A stretch of DNA of 63,992 bases, counting the filler, from Tortispora ganteri (taxonomy: Eukaryota): NCBI GenBank assembly GCA_003707115.1. It is 8 parts of 8 records of this genome, joined end to end, with 100 filler letters (N's around TTAATTAATTAA, not from the genome) between each part and the next. Parts side by side here need not be neighbours in the genome. Positions count along the whole stretch, not along the records: positions 1 to 10,658 come from PPNB01000051.1; positions 10,759 to 20,670 come from PPNB01000052.1; 6 more parts are not named here. One strand, written 5' to 3'. Positions 1-11,140 of this stretch are shown piece by piece. The position numbers and the translations under genes were made by a program. The notes below the pieces were generated by a model. That model did no database searches and was not told the DNA's origin. It was given only the letters and a program-made list of their open reading frames with translations. Every line of letters starts with the position of its first letter. Position 1 is the stretch's first letter.

Positions 1-330
1 CTATATCGTCTTCCTGTATAATCCTCGCGTATTGTCTTCAGAACTCACTACAGACTCTGTTCTGATTTGCGGTGAGCTAGGTTCGCATGAAATCGCAATT
101 GCAATTTTCAGCTAGTGTTGTTTGTAGTCGGGATTCTGGAATGGATAATAGTCTACAAAACCAAATGGACAGTTCAAATAGATAAGGCACTGAATCGTCT
201 CTGAAGTTTTGTATAGTAATAGAAACTTATTTCCTGTTTAAATGAGTTATGTATTTGATACAAAGTAATGTGTATTCACATAAATTTATGCTACAATGGA
301 ATAAAAATAGCATGAACTAAATGTATTCGT

Positions 331-1551
331 TTATTCAATAGTGCGGAAATCAATATCTTCAACAACGACAGGGTTGCGTACCATGATTCCCATAATCTCA
401 AAAAGAGCATCAGCGGCAGCCAATGCAGTTTGTTCAGCATTGGTGTCGTAAGCAGGAGCAACCTCGACAATATCAGCACCTACAATCTTGAGACCATCTA
501 ATCCTCGGAGAATCTCTCTAAGTTCACGAGTGGTCCAGCCTCCGGTCTCCGGAGTACCTGTGGCAGGAGCGAATGCGGGGTCAAGGACATCGATATCCAA
601 GGAGAGGTATACAGGGTTTTTTCCAACGCGCTCATGGATCTTCTTTATAATACCTTCAGTGCCAATGTTGTCAATTTCACGAGCTTCAACAATCTCGAAT
701 CCACAGTATCCATCGTTTTCATAATCAGACATGCCAGATAATGTGGTACGGATACCAGCGTGAATGTTGGTGTCATTAGCGAGAAGACCTTCTTGTGCAG
801 CATGGTAGAAATAGGTGCCGTGGTTGATGGAGGCGACGCTTGACTTATCGCCTCCAAACACCTTGGGCTTCCAGGTATCCAAATGAGAATCAAAGTGGAT
901 GACGGAGATCGGGCCGTACGCAGAGTTAATTGACCTCAGAAGGGGCAAGGTAATTGTATGATCACCTCCGAGCGTGATGATACGGGGCAAGACATTACCA
1001 GATTTAGAATAACCCTTCTTGTCAGAAAGGTGAGCAGGTTTTCTGTGTAACAGTTCCTTGTGTCCGTTCTCAATTTGATGAATGGCAAAAGTGTTGTCGT
1101 ATGAAGTAACGGGGATGTCTCCACAGTCCACGACTTTAGCCCAGGAGTTGAAAACGTTAACATCTAAAGGGACATTGTAGCCTCCGCAAAGGTTCAGACG
1201 ACGAGAACCTTGACGAATTCCAGAGGGTCCAAAACGAGCACCAGGTCGGTAAGAGGTTCCAGTATCAAAAGGAGCACCTACGAACGCAATATCGTAAGGA
1301 GTTCCAGCATCAGCGTCGAAACATTGCTCGTATGGCAAACGTCCGAAGGTATTAATGCCAGAAAAGATGGAGTCAGCCCCACTGTCGTCAGGGAGTCTCC
1401 AGGGGCTAATAACCTCTTGGTCCTGGTGATTGAAACTAGGCGGTATATCATTATTTGCTTCTTGAAAGAGGGCATCGAATAAAGTTGGACTAGATACGGC
1501 CAATTGGCTGTAGAGAGCAACAAAAAATGTAAAAGTTGAGGTGAGCTTCAT
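331..1551 (-). CDS. Ureohydrolase (arginase family): agmatinase/guanidinobutyrase-like, with predicted N-terminal signal peptide
   Basis: Motifs GAPFDTGTSYRPGARFGP, GGDHTIT, HFDSHLD, SLDIDVLDPAFAPATGTPETGG and DIVEVAP. ATG 1551 (MKLTSTFTFFVALYSQLAVS, hydrophobic) chosen as start; an in-frame ATG also exists at 1584. TATA-like TATATAA on the minus strand at 1601-1607. Confidence 0.9.
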   Translation of the reverse strand: MKLTSTFTFFVALYSQLAVSSPTLFDALFQEANNDIPPSFNHQDQEVISPWRLPDDSGADSIFSGINTFGRLPYEQCFDADAGTPYDIAFVGAPFDTGTSYRPGARFGPSGIRQGSRRLNLCGGYNVPLDVNVFNSWAKVVDCGDIPVTSYDNTFAIHQIENGHKELLHRKPAHLSDKKGYSKSGNVLPRIITLGGDHTITLPLLRSINSAYGPISVIHFDSHLDTWKPKVFGGDKSSVASINHGTYFYHAAQEGLLANDTNIHAGIRTTLSGMSDYENDGYCGFEIVEAREIDNIGTEGIIKKIHERVGKNPVYLSLDIDVLDPAFAPATGTPETGGWTTRELREILRGLDGLKIVGADIVEVAPAYDTNAEQTALAAADALFEIMGIMVRNPVVVEDIDFRTIE

Positions 1552-3036
1552 AGCGGTGAATCTGAGGAAACCGTCCTCAATCATCCCGAGATCACCATAT
1601 TTATATAATAACTGCAACTTCAGGACCTATCAAATAGATACGCAACTAAAAATCAATCGTCTGGGTTCTTAAATAGAACTGACGGCTTTTTGTCCTGAAT
1701 AGGAAATATAACGTTCTCGGAAAGTGTAAATGGAAACTCAAATCATGCGATTGTTCCGGTTTGCTTTACTATTCTAACAATTTCTAACCGCCGGCGCCTT
1801 GAAACTCGGCAAAAAGCAAACTCATTCGAGCAATTGGCTTGATATTAGAGCCATTAGATAATTTTGGTCAAGGAGTAGTCATATGTGACTTTTGCTCCTT
1901 AATCACTGGCATACAGCGCAATATCGCTATGCCCCTAGTCAGTCCATTTCTTCATTAATTCTGGGCACAATAACAAACTCCCTTTGTAGTTTCATTAGCT
2001 CCAAAACTATCAGTCTCCCGTAAAGCTGCTAGCTCGCGGTAATATCACCTGTCTGTTGTAGCTGCACAGAAAACCTCAGCTCCCGTAGATAAAAAGTATA
2101 ACAAACTCTAATAATACCTGATACAGCAATGATTGCTATCGAACTTAGGAGCTAGCAGCGCCAGAAGATTATTCCCGTTCTAGCGATAGATAACTTTTCT
2201 AGCTCGTACTCTGTCATTGGCCCACTCTTGAGTCATAAAAACACAAATGACCCGTAGAGTCCGCGCCGCACATGGACAGAGCGTACGGTACACCTTATAG
2301 CACCGGGTACGCATATCGATATTGCTTAACTAGCTATGATAAGCAGACTCAGTTCCTGAATCTCATAAAAACTAGCAGTCGTATAACCAATTATAGCAAG
2401 AGTAGAGTGCGTATAACGGAGAAAAGTCTTGCTTGTCGGTAAACATCGGCTAATTGTTCTGCAATCGGCAGACATGCACAGCAATCACTAAACCGAAACG
2501 ATGGGCAGGTTGTTCAAGAGGTCTGTTCATCTGTTAACATAACTGAAACGATACTCGCGGTTCCTAGTACAATTCGAGTGGATCGCAGGTAGAGATTAAA
2601 TACACATGCGGATCAAGAATCACAGTTGATTCTAATAAAAGGAGTATTAATTTATGCAAGCATGCAAATTAGCTCCTTAAAGGTAAGCAAAGCTTCAAAC
2701 CTAAGACTTGACTGTTCTGTTGCGCCAACAAACCTGAGCCGAGCTTCAACGTTGCTATGCAAAACCAATTTTGAGATAAAGTTCAAGATCCCCGCATTAT
2801 TTGATTCCTAGTGATGATCAATCTGGTTCTTTCCTCATTATCCAACATCTAGCTTTGAATTTATCCTGTTGAATAAATCTATACGATCTGCTAAAAAATG
2901 TTGTGTTTCTTATAGTTGACTGTATTAAGACGATGGGGTTTAAAGAATTGCGTTTACCGATAGAGCTGCGTACCAATTTTTACTATGCAATCCAAAAGCT
3001 TAAAATGTGGGGAAGTTATCCAATGGTGTTTCGACC

Positions 3037-3044
3037 TATATAAA
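3037..3044 (+). promoter_or_regulatory. Putative TATA box of first acyl-CoA ligase
   Basis: TATATAAA about 45 bp upstream of ATG 3089. Confidence 0.45.
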
Positions 3045-3088
3045 TGACGTCCTGAATATCCTGGAAAGTATTATTTAGCAATTTACCA

Positions 3089-4774
3089 ATGCCTGAAATT
3101 ATATACACTGCTGATTTTGAGGCGCCTATGCCTCCTATCAAGAATCTCGCCAGTATAGTTCTGAACGATAGCTTGGCACATCCATCTGACACTCTTTTCG
3201 TTGATCCAGATGCTCGCAAAAGTTATACGTTAGATGATGTCCGCAGAATCACTGGAAGAGTCGCTTATGAGCTCCGACATTCACACAATATAAAGCAAGG
3301 AGATGTTGTGGGGCTATATACACACAATCAATCTTTGTTCTCCTGTCTTATCCTGGGTGCAGTTTCGATTGGCGCTGTGGTGAGTACTATGTCATTTGCC
3401 TACCTTCCTGCTGAAGCCAGACATGCTATGATAGTGGCTGGAATGAAAATAGTGCTTATTCTTCCAGAGCTGAGAGAGACTGCAGTCAAAGCGGTCAAGC
3501 TGCCCAAGCAAGATGATCAAGAGGAAACAGAGAGACTTCAGATCGACGGCTCACCAACCACTCTAGTAGATATAAACAGATTCCTGGAAATCGTGCAACA
3601 AGATGGTCCTCGCATCTCACCCGAGGAGTTTTCCGAATTGGAATACAGAAACAAGCCTGCTTTTCTCTGCTTTTCTTCGGGAACAACGGGAAAGTTCAAG
3701 GCGGTAATGCTCACGCAGCATAACATCGCAACTAACATTTACCAGATTGCGTACACTGACCCTAATTACTTTGCAGGACAAGTTTATCTATGTAATCTTC
3801 CGCAATTCCATCTCTATGGACTCACTCTTTTAGGTGTATTGGCACCTTTCCAGGGAACTAAGGTCGTAAACATGCCGAAATTTGATTTTGCCCGCTTCAT
3901 AGAGCTGATTATCGAGTACAAAGTGACAAAACTACTGGTAGTTCCTCCTATGCTTGTCACAATAGCAAAAAGTCCGCTGACCGTCAAGTACCAAAAAGAG
4001 CTGACAGCTACACTCAATCAGCTAAACTCTGGTGCAGCTCCGCTATCAGCTAGTTTGGTGCAAGCAGTTGAAGGACTCCTGCCGGGTGTAGTAGTAACCC
4101 AAGGATATGGGCTTACAGAAACTTCTCCAACAGCGTTCCAGTCGCCCAGAACGCGTCCTTTTGAGAAATTTGGGTCAGCTGGTAAACTGGTACCCAACTT
4201 AGAGGCAAGGATTATCGATGAAGACGGAAACGACCTTCCTCGAAACCCCGAAAGTCGCGGAGAGTTATGCCTACGTGGACCGAGTATATTTAAAGGATAT
4301 TACCGCAATGAAGAGGCCACTAAGAATGCATTCTTGCCCGGTGGTTGGTTCAAGACGGGAGATGTGGCTACTGTAGACAATGAAGGGTACTGGTACATTG
4401 TTGACAGGGCAAAGGAGCTTATTAAGTCAAAAGGATTTCAAGTTGCACCTGCTGAACTTGAAGCATTACTTCTCACGCATCCGGATGTCGCGGATTCTGC
4501 GGTCGTTGGGATCTATAGTGAAGAAGAAGCTACTGAATACCCTCGAGCATTCATTGCCATTAAGCCCAGGAGCAAGCTAGAAACAGACCCAGGCAGTGTG
4601 GTAGAGTGGGTCAATAATAAAGTAGCCACTTACAAACGGCTGTGGGGTGGAGTTGTCGTGCTCGAGCAGATACCAAAATCTGCATCGGGAAAAATTCTTC
4701 GCAGGGAACTACGTCTGAGAAAAAACGACGTGGTTCACGGGCTTGGTCTCGCTAAACGTAAGACTAAGCTTTAG
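3089..4774 (+). CDS. AMP-dependent acyl/aryl-CoA ligase (4-coumarate-CoA ligase-like), likely peroxisomal
   Basis: 561 aa. Adenylation motifs FSSGTTGKFK, QGYGLTETSP, FKTGD, IVDRAKELIKSKGFQVAPAELE, IPKSASGKILR. C-terminal KRKTKL is a PTS1-like variant. Confidence 0.9.
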   Translation: MPEIIYTADFEAPMPPIKNLASIVLNDSLAHPSDTLFVDPDARKSYTLDDVRRITGRVAYELRHSHNIKQGDVVGLYTHNQSLFSCLILGAVSIGAVVSTMSFAYLPAEARHAMIVAGMKIVLILPELRETAVKAVKLPKQDDQEETERLQIDGSPTTLVDINRFLEIVQQDGPRISPEEFSELEYRNKPAFLCFSSGTTGKFKAVMLTQHNIATNIYQIAYTDPNYFAGQVYLCNLPQFHLYGLTLLGVLAPFQGTKVVNMPKFDFARFIELIIEYKVTKLLVVPPMLVTIAKSPLTVKYQKELTATLNQLNSGAAPLSASLVQAVEGLLPGVVVTQGYGLTETSPTAFQSPRTRPFEKFGSAGKLVPNLEARIIDEDGNDLPRNPESRGELCLRGPSIFKGYYRNEEATKNAFLPGGWFKTGDVATVDNEGYWYIVDRAKELIKSKGFQVAPAELEALLLTHPDVADSAVVGIYSEEEATEYPRAFIAIKPRSKLETDPGSVVEWVNNKVATYKRLWGGVVVLEQIPKSASGKILRRELRLRKNDVVHGLGLAKRKTKL

Positions 4775-5385
4775 TGGCAGAATTATGGTCTTTGGTAAAA
4801 CCGAGATTGGTTAAGTAGGTTCATTGACGCGTAGATCATTAGTTGTCGAGAATATCGATAATGTGGCCTTTATGTTGCGAGCCTATAAGCAGTACCCCGC
4901 TCAAGTATTTTAAAAGCATATATATACGCTGCAGATTGCATACCGTGTGTGTGAAACGTACTAATTGGGTATTTAACCCGAAATACCACTCAACCGTGTT
5001 TTGGGTTGAGTGGGTGCAAATGTATATGTGATAACCGAGTCGGGGTATCGTTACAATGGCGAACGCTACTATTATGTTACTCCTCTTCGATCATCAGAGC
5101 TTCAAGGATTATAAACAAAGATTAGTTCAAACCTATTACATTACTTTCTTTTATCGACGTATCCTTTTTCGGCTCGATAATAGGTCTGTAATCGCTGCAA
5201 GAGAAGTGAGAGTGCGGCTGTTGGATTTAGGATTCTTCCACATCAAGGAGCGTGCTCAATCTGTAAAACTTTAAATATGCGGGGTACAGAAATCAGGGTC
5301 AGGATATATAGTCTTTATTATGGCCAACAATGCCTCAATATACTATTGCTGAGAACAGCTACTGAATCATTGAACTTATTGAATT

Positions 5386-7071
5386 ATGAAAGGTACTATT
5401 TACAAATCAGATATAGCCATTGAGCTCCCTGGTCCCGTTAATCTCGCCGATTTTGTCCTATACAAGAGTCGAGCACAACCATGGAACACCATTGTGGTAG
5501 ATCCAGACGCTAAGATGTCATATACTCTCAAAGATATACGACGAATTGCTGCTAGAACTGCATATGAGCTTGAGAACGTGTATAATATACGTGAAAATGA
5601 TGTGGTTGGTATTTTGTCGCAGAACTATGCTTTGCTTCCAGCGGTCGCAATGGGAGTAATGTCGATCGGGGCAATATATAGTCCTATGTCTGGAGCATAC
5701 GTTCCAGAGGAGGTGCGCCATGCTGTGATAACTGCCGGAATGAAGCTAGTACTGACGCAGCCCGTACTGATGAATAACTTGAAGAAGGCAGTTGCACTTC
5801 CTGAACAAGAGGACGAGGAGACAGACAGGCTGAAAATTGATGGCAGCGAGAAGACTGTTATCGATCTCGATAAGTTCTTGAGAAAGATACAAGAGCCAGG
5901 ACCTGGAATTTTGCCTCGAACTTTCTCAGAAGCCAAATACAAAAACGATCCTGCTTTTTTGTGTTTTTCTTCAGGAACCACAGGCAAGTTTAAAGCGGTA
6001 ATGCTAACTCACTATAACCTAAGTGTCAATGCCTACCAGACGATGGCATGTGACCCTGGGACACAAGTAGATCAGGTATACGTGGCATCTCTTCCCAGCT
6101 TTCATGTCTATGGATTAATGATCTTTGGAATAATGTCTCCTTGGCTAAATTGTGTGGTCGTGAATATGCCGGCTTTTAACTTCGAGAGATTCGTGCATCT
6201 CCTCGTGGAGTACAAAGCAACTAAGCTACTTGTGGTACCACCAATGCTCGTCATGATGGCCAAGAGCCCCTTGGTAAAGAAATACCAAAAAGAGTTGACT
6301 TCTACGGCGGATACTATACTATGCGGCGCTGCTCCTTTGTCGGCTAGCTTGGTGGAAGAAGTAGAGACACTGCTTCCTGGAATGAAAGTTATTCAGGCTT
6401 ATGGAATGACAGAAACGTCCCCTGGTGCTGTATTGACTAATCGCTCGCGACCTCGATCAAAATGCGGAACTTCCGGAAAAATTATTCCAGGCATGGAAGC
6501 TCGGTTAGTGGACGAAACTGGAGTAGATATTCCTAAAGGATCTGAAAATCGCGGAGAGATATGCTTTAGAGGACCTAATGTGTTCAGTGGGTACTATCGA
6601 AATCAGAAATCCACTAATGAGTGTTTTATGAATGGAGGGTGGTTTAAAACTGGTGATATTGGTATTATAGACGAAGAAGGGTACTGGTATATTGTCGATC
6701 GCGCCAAGGAGCTCATTAAATCCAAGGGTTTCCAGGTCGCACCAGCCGAACTCGAAGCACTGCTGCTTACGCACCCAGATATTTCTGATTCTGCCGTTAT
6801 AGGCGTATACGAGGAATCTGAGGCCACCGAATATCCTCGGGCGTTTGTTACATTCAAGCCCGGCACACCTGCTTCAAGGAATCCAGCCAGTGTGGTGAAG
6901 TGGGTAAATCCACGTGTTGCACGTTACAAGCGTCTGTGGGGCGGAGTCGTTGTGTTAGACCAAATTCCGAAGTCGCCGTCTGGTAAAATTCTCAGGAAAG
7001 AGCTTCGAAAGCGCACAAATGATGTTGTGCATGGCCTTGGTCTGGCTAAACAGCAAGGATCAAAGCTATAA
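5386..7071 (+). CDS. AMP-dependent acyl/aryl-CoA ligase (4CL-like), tandem paralogue, PTS1 -SKL
   Basis: 561 aa. Same motifs (FSSGTTGKFKAV, QAYGMTETSP, FKTGD, IPKSPSGKILR). Ends GSKL. Confidence 0.9.
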   Translation: MKGTIYKSDIAIELPGPVNLADFVLYKSRAQPWNTIVVDPDAKMSYTLKDIRRIAARTAYELENVYNIRENDVVGILSQNYALLPAVAMGVMSIGAIYSPMSGAYVPEEVRHAVITAGMKLVLTQPVLMNNLKKAVALPEQEDEETDRLKIDGSEKTVIDLDKFLRKIQEPGPGILPRTFSEAKYKNDPAFLCFSSGTTGKFKAVMLTHYNLSVNAYQTMACDPGTQVDQVYVASLPSFHVYGLMIFGIMSPWLNCVVVNMPAFNFERFVHLLVEYKATKLLVVPPMLVMMAKSPLVKKYQKELTSTADTILCGAAPLSASLVEEVETLLPGMKVIQAYGMTETSPGAVLTNRSRPRSKCGTSGKIIPGMEARLVDETGVDIPKGSENRGEICFRGPNVFSGYYRNQKSTNECFMNGGWFKTGDIGIIDEEGYWYIVDRAKELIKSKGFQVAPAELEALLLTHPDISDSAVIGVYEESEATEYPRAFVTFKPGTPASRNPASVVKWVNPRVARYKRLWGGVVVLDQIPKSPSGKILRKELRKRTNDVVHGLGLAKQQGSKL

Positions 7072-7949
7072 TATAAGCTCTATTTACAATGGAGCGTTTA
7101 CGTGGGTGCGGAATCAATCAGCCATTTTTTTATAAGAAAAATATACTTTATTATGGGAGAGATGTTAAAACACAATCATTATTGCGCCAAGGAATAAATG
7201 TGTTGCGTTGTGATAGAAAACCATTAAGCTTTACAATTTGTAATAATTTTCATGTTTGCATTGAAAACTTAATTTTAGATACTTTCTGGCTATGTACTTT
7301 AGAAGACTTTATAATTAGGTTGGCTTCTTGATCTTAGATCAGTTTAAAGCGAAACAGATCAAAAATGCTTATATTCAAGATTTTGCGCAAATATTGCGTA
7401 AAAACTATCTGCTGGGCGGTATATATAAGTAATAATGTTTTGCTTCAATGTCATGTGATGAATGTATCTCCTGTTAACCTAGAGTGGTTTAGAGTTGCCA
7501 GGTATAAATGTGTTAAATATATATAGCCTATCAGAACAGGACTAGGCAGACAGTCAGTCTCTTTTCGGATAACTGGCTATACTATAACAGGAAAGGTAAA
7601 CCAGTTAAATTAATATATGACTGTCCGTACGGGTGTGCTAGGAAAGCTATTCTCTAATGTACTAAGACGTAAGCTACGGATATAGAAGACTCCGTTGAGG
7701 ACTAAAGAGTATGCTGTTGGGTAGCAGCCAGCATTACCTCTGCTTAGCATTATCCATTACTCCAGCATGCACACTATCAGCCGAGCATGTGCTATAAATA
7801 GGCATGGAATGTGCTTAAAATAGCACAGTGCTAAAAAGGGATCAGCTTTTTTTTCCGTCTGTATACCCATCAGGATCTTATTTAAAGGACCAGTATGGTT
7901 GTTTTTTTATGTTTTGCTTATACCATAACACTAGTAAACATCCTTGAGA

Positions 7950-10658
7950 ATGATAACCGTGACCGAAGTGGAGACGTATCTGTGTGATCCCCCCCTGGAG
8001 ACTACCACTGTTTATGGAAAGGTATTTTCTTCTGGACACGGTGTATTTACAGTTTATGACGAGCAGTGCAATCGCGACGTGCGCTCTGTTGACGGGTGGT
8101 ACTGTGCGGAATGTGTGCCGACTGTGACGGCGTGCGTACCTAAACCGCCGTTGGTCAGCGCAGGAAACACGTACGTTTGGGATTACTACGAAGAGGTGCA
8201 CGTTTCTGTATCTCTGGGCATAGATATTTCAATTGAGGTCCCTGTTATAGTGACCAGCACTGTCGAACCAACCGAACATACCAAGCCAACCACGCATGTT
8301 AGCACATTGAGCGCCTCCAGCGGACCGGGTGCGGTATCCAGTGCAGCACTGGAATGTGCTCAAACACCACCATACTCATCGGGACTAGCATACGTTGTCG
8401 GGTATCTGGGTGCGGACATGCACGCTGACGATACGTACTATGCGTCGGGAGCGTATCGCGAAGCCGAGCAGTTCGACTTAAATGATACGAGCTACACTCT
8501 GGCTCATAATACAATCGATGTCACATTGAACGGCAAGTCGGGCGAAATCGAGGCCCCGCTGGTCGAAATTATGTACTACGTGAGCTACGCTGGCTCATTT
8601 GAAATCGAACGCATAACAGTGGACGGGTCTTCAGAGGCGAACACTGCGTATGTTTTTGTAGGAGCGGGAGCGATGGAGTGTTCAAATATTACCCAAATCG
8701 GAAGCTTTGGGGACATGGTAAAGAACAGCTGGCAGAGCAGCAGAGGAATGAAGCGCGACGACAGTGGATCGTGGACAGATGTGTATTCGTTCCCAGGAAG
8801 CGTACTATACTTTCCTGTGAGGTACGTGGTGATGAATGGTGGGGTATCTGCAGACTTCTCTGTATCTGTAGTTTTGGAGGGCTCTGGGCAGAACGCGACG
8901 CAGTTCAGCTACCGGGGCTCTCGTGTTGGCGGGGATGTCAGCAGCTTTTCGACGGTCAGCATGACTATGCTAGGTAGCTCTTCCAGTGAGTGGAGTAGCA
9001 GCAGTTTGACTTATGATCATAGCAGTGAAAAATACACAGCCTCTTCTGTCTCTGCTGTCTCTACTGGCAGTGCCTCCAGTGCATCTAGCGAATACAGTTC
9101 TTCTACTACCTCTTCTGCCTCTACAGGAAGTGACTCTAGAACATCCAGCTTCAACTTTGACTCTAGTTCTAGCCTTAGCTCCAGTTCTAGCCCCAGCTCC
9201 GGCTTCAGCTCTAGTTCGAGTCCGAGTTCTAGCCTCGGCTCTAGCTTTAGTCTCAGCTCTAGCCCCGGATCCGGCTTCAGCGATAGTTCGAGTCCGAGTC
9301 CGAGTTCGAGTTCGAGCTCTAGCCTCGGCTCTGGCTCTAGCTCTAACCCCAGCTCCGGCTCCGGCTCCAGCTCCGGCTCCAGCTTTAGGTTGGTTTCTAG
9401 TTCTAGCCCCAGCTCTGGCTTCAGCTCTAGTTCGAGTTCGAGTTCTAACCCCAGCTCCGGCTCTAGCTCTGGCTCTAGCTCTGTTTCCAGTTCTAGCCCC
9501 AACTCCGACTTCAGCTCTAGTTCGAGTTCGAGTTCCAGCCTCGGCTCTAGCGCTAGTCTCAGATCTAGTCCCAGCTCCGGCTTCAGCTCTAGTTCGAGTG
9601 CGAGTTCTAGCCTCGGCTCTAGCTCTGTTTCTAGTTCTAGTCCCAGCTCCGGCTTCAGCTCTAGTTCGAGTTCCAGTTCGAGTTCCAGCCTCGGCTCTAG
9701 CGCTAGTCTCAGATCTAGTCCCAGCTCCGGCTTCAGCTCTAGTTCGAGTATGAGTTCTGGCCTCGGCTCTAGCTCTGGCTCTAGCTCTAGCTCTAGCTCT
9801 AGCTCTAGCTCTAGCTCTAGCTCTAGCTCTAGCTCTAGCTCTAGTCTCAGATCTAGCCCCAGCTCCGGCTTCAGCTCTAGTTCGAGTTCTAACCCTAGCT
9901 CTGGCTCTAGCTCTGGCTCTAGCTCTGGCTCTAGCTCTGGCTCTAGCTCTGGCTCTAGCTCTGTTTCCAGTTCTAGCCCCAGCTCCGGCTTCAGCTCTAG
10001 TTCGAGTTCGAGTTCCAGCCTCGGCTCTAGCGCTAGTCTCAGATCTAGTCCCAGCTCCGGCTTCAGCTCTAGTTCGAGTATGAGTTCTGGCTCCAGCTCT
10101 GGCTTCAGCTCTAGTTCGAGTTTAAGCTCTAGCCTCGGCTCTGTTTCCAGTTCTAGCCCCAGCTCTAGCTCCGGCTTTGGTTTCAGCTCTAGTTCGAGTT
10201 CGAGTTCTAGTCTAGGCTCTAGCTCTGGCCCCAGCTCCGGCTCCAGTTCTAGGTTGGTTTCTAGCTCCAGCTCTAGCTGCGAAGTGGTCTCAGATGCCTG
10301 CCAGTGTACGCCGAGTGTGTCATACACGGCACACGTGTATGCCACTAATTTGGCTACTCTCAATGCTGAAGAGGTTGCAGCTGGAAAGTACCGCGAAGCC
10401 ACTCTCTCTTCTGCAAATAGTATAACACTGTCTGATACAGATGTGAATATTAAGAGTGCTGCCTCAGTAACGCTGGAGGTGTTGCTTTACGTGAAAGGCA
10501 TTGATTTTACTGGTGTGGCAAACGAAATCGTACAAGTTTTTTATACGTCGTCTGGTTCATCAACCAGTCTTGGCCGAAAATTCGATGGATATATATTCGG
10601 TGGCGACAGCGCAATGGCATGTGACAGTATCTCGACCATTGGGAACGAGGGATGGAGT
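7950..10658 (+). CDS. Ser-rich adhesin-like family member A (divergent), 3'-truncated by gap
   Basis: ATG 7950 MITVTEVETYLCDPP. Cys module, PA14/GLEYA-like domain (VEIMYYV...AYVFVGAGAMEC...YFPVRYV), Ser/Gly stalk, then second domain CEVVSDACQC...GKYR...EVLLYV...YIFGGDSAMAC running into the gap. Confidence 0.8.
9160..10277 (+). repeat. Coding hexamer-based repeat (TCTAGC/TCCAGC/TCGAGT/TCTGGC) with longer repeated blocks
   Basis: Near-pure (TCTAGC)n run at about 9780-9844; recurring block SSSLGSSASLRSSPSSGFSSSSS. Confidence 0.9.
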
Positions 10659-10758
10659 NNNNNNNNNNNNNNNNNNNNNNNNNNNNNNNNNNNNNNNNNN
10701 NNTTAATTAATTAANNNNNNNNNNNNNNNNNNNNNNNNNNNNNNNNNNNNNNNNNNNN
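10659..10758. other. Assembly gap linker N44-TTAATTAATTAA-N44
   Basis: Artificial spacer with stops in all six frames; identical at all seven gaps. Confidence 0.97.
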
Positions 10759-11140
10759 CTGTAGTGGGTGGCGTAGCGGGGTGAGTAGGCGGAGGCGTAG
10801 GTGCTATAGTCTCCGTGATAATGACTGGAATCTCAATAGAGACGTGCACGTCAACCGACACGGACATGGACACGGACTCGTAGTATGACCAGACGTACGT
10901 ACAGTCGTCTTTGACGAGCGGCGGACTAGGTACATAGGTCACCGTAGCGGGTGTGCACTGGTTGCAGTACCAGCCTGAAACTGTAGACACATGAGGCGCG
11001 CATTGGTCATCGTAGACGGTCGCACGTGTAGCAGCAGACTCAGAAGTGTACAGGCGCCCGTAGACAGTAGAAGTTTCAACAGGTGGGCTGCAAACGAGCG
11101 TGTTCGTTTCTACTATAGTACTGTATATTGTCTGTACCAT
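10759..11140 (-). CDS. Adhesin-like family member B, 5' fragment (N-terminal Cys module), truncated by gap
   Basis: ATG 11140 MVQTIYSTIVETNTLVCSPP..., nearly identical to the N-termini at 15114 and 56830. Confidence 0.8.

Noticed and set aside
7895..7987. Out-of-frame hydrophobic uORF MVVFLCFAYTITLVNIL as a phase-variable signal peptide for member A
   Set aside because: Slippage in the T7 run would hit in-frame TAA codons before 7950, and no equivalent exists in other members.
10703..10714. TTAATTAATTAA recurring seven times
   Set aside because: Always centred in N44 runs; a synthetic six-frame stop linker, not biological.
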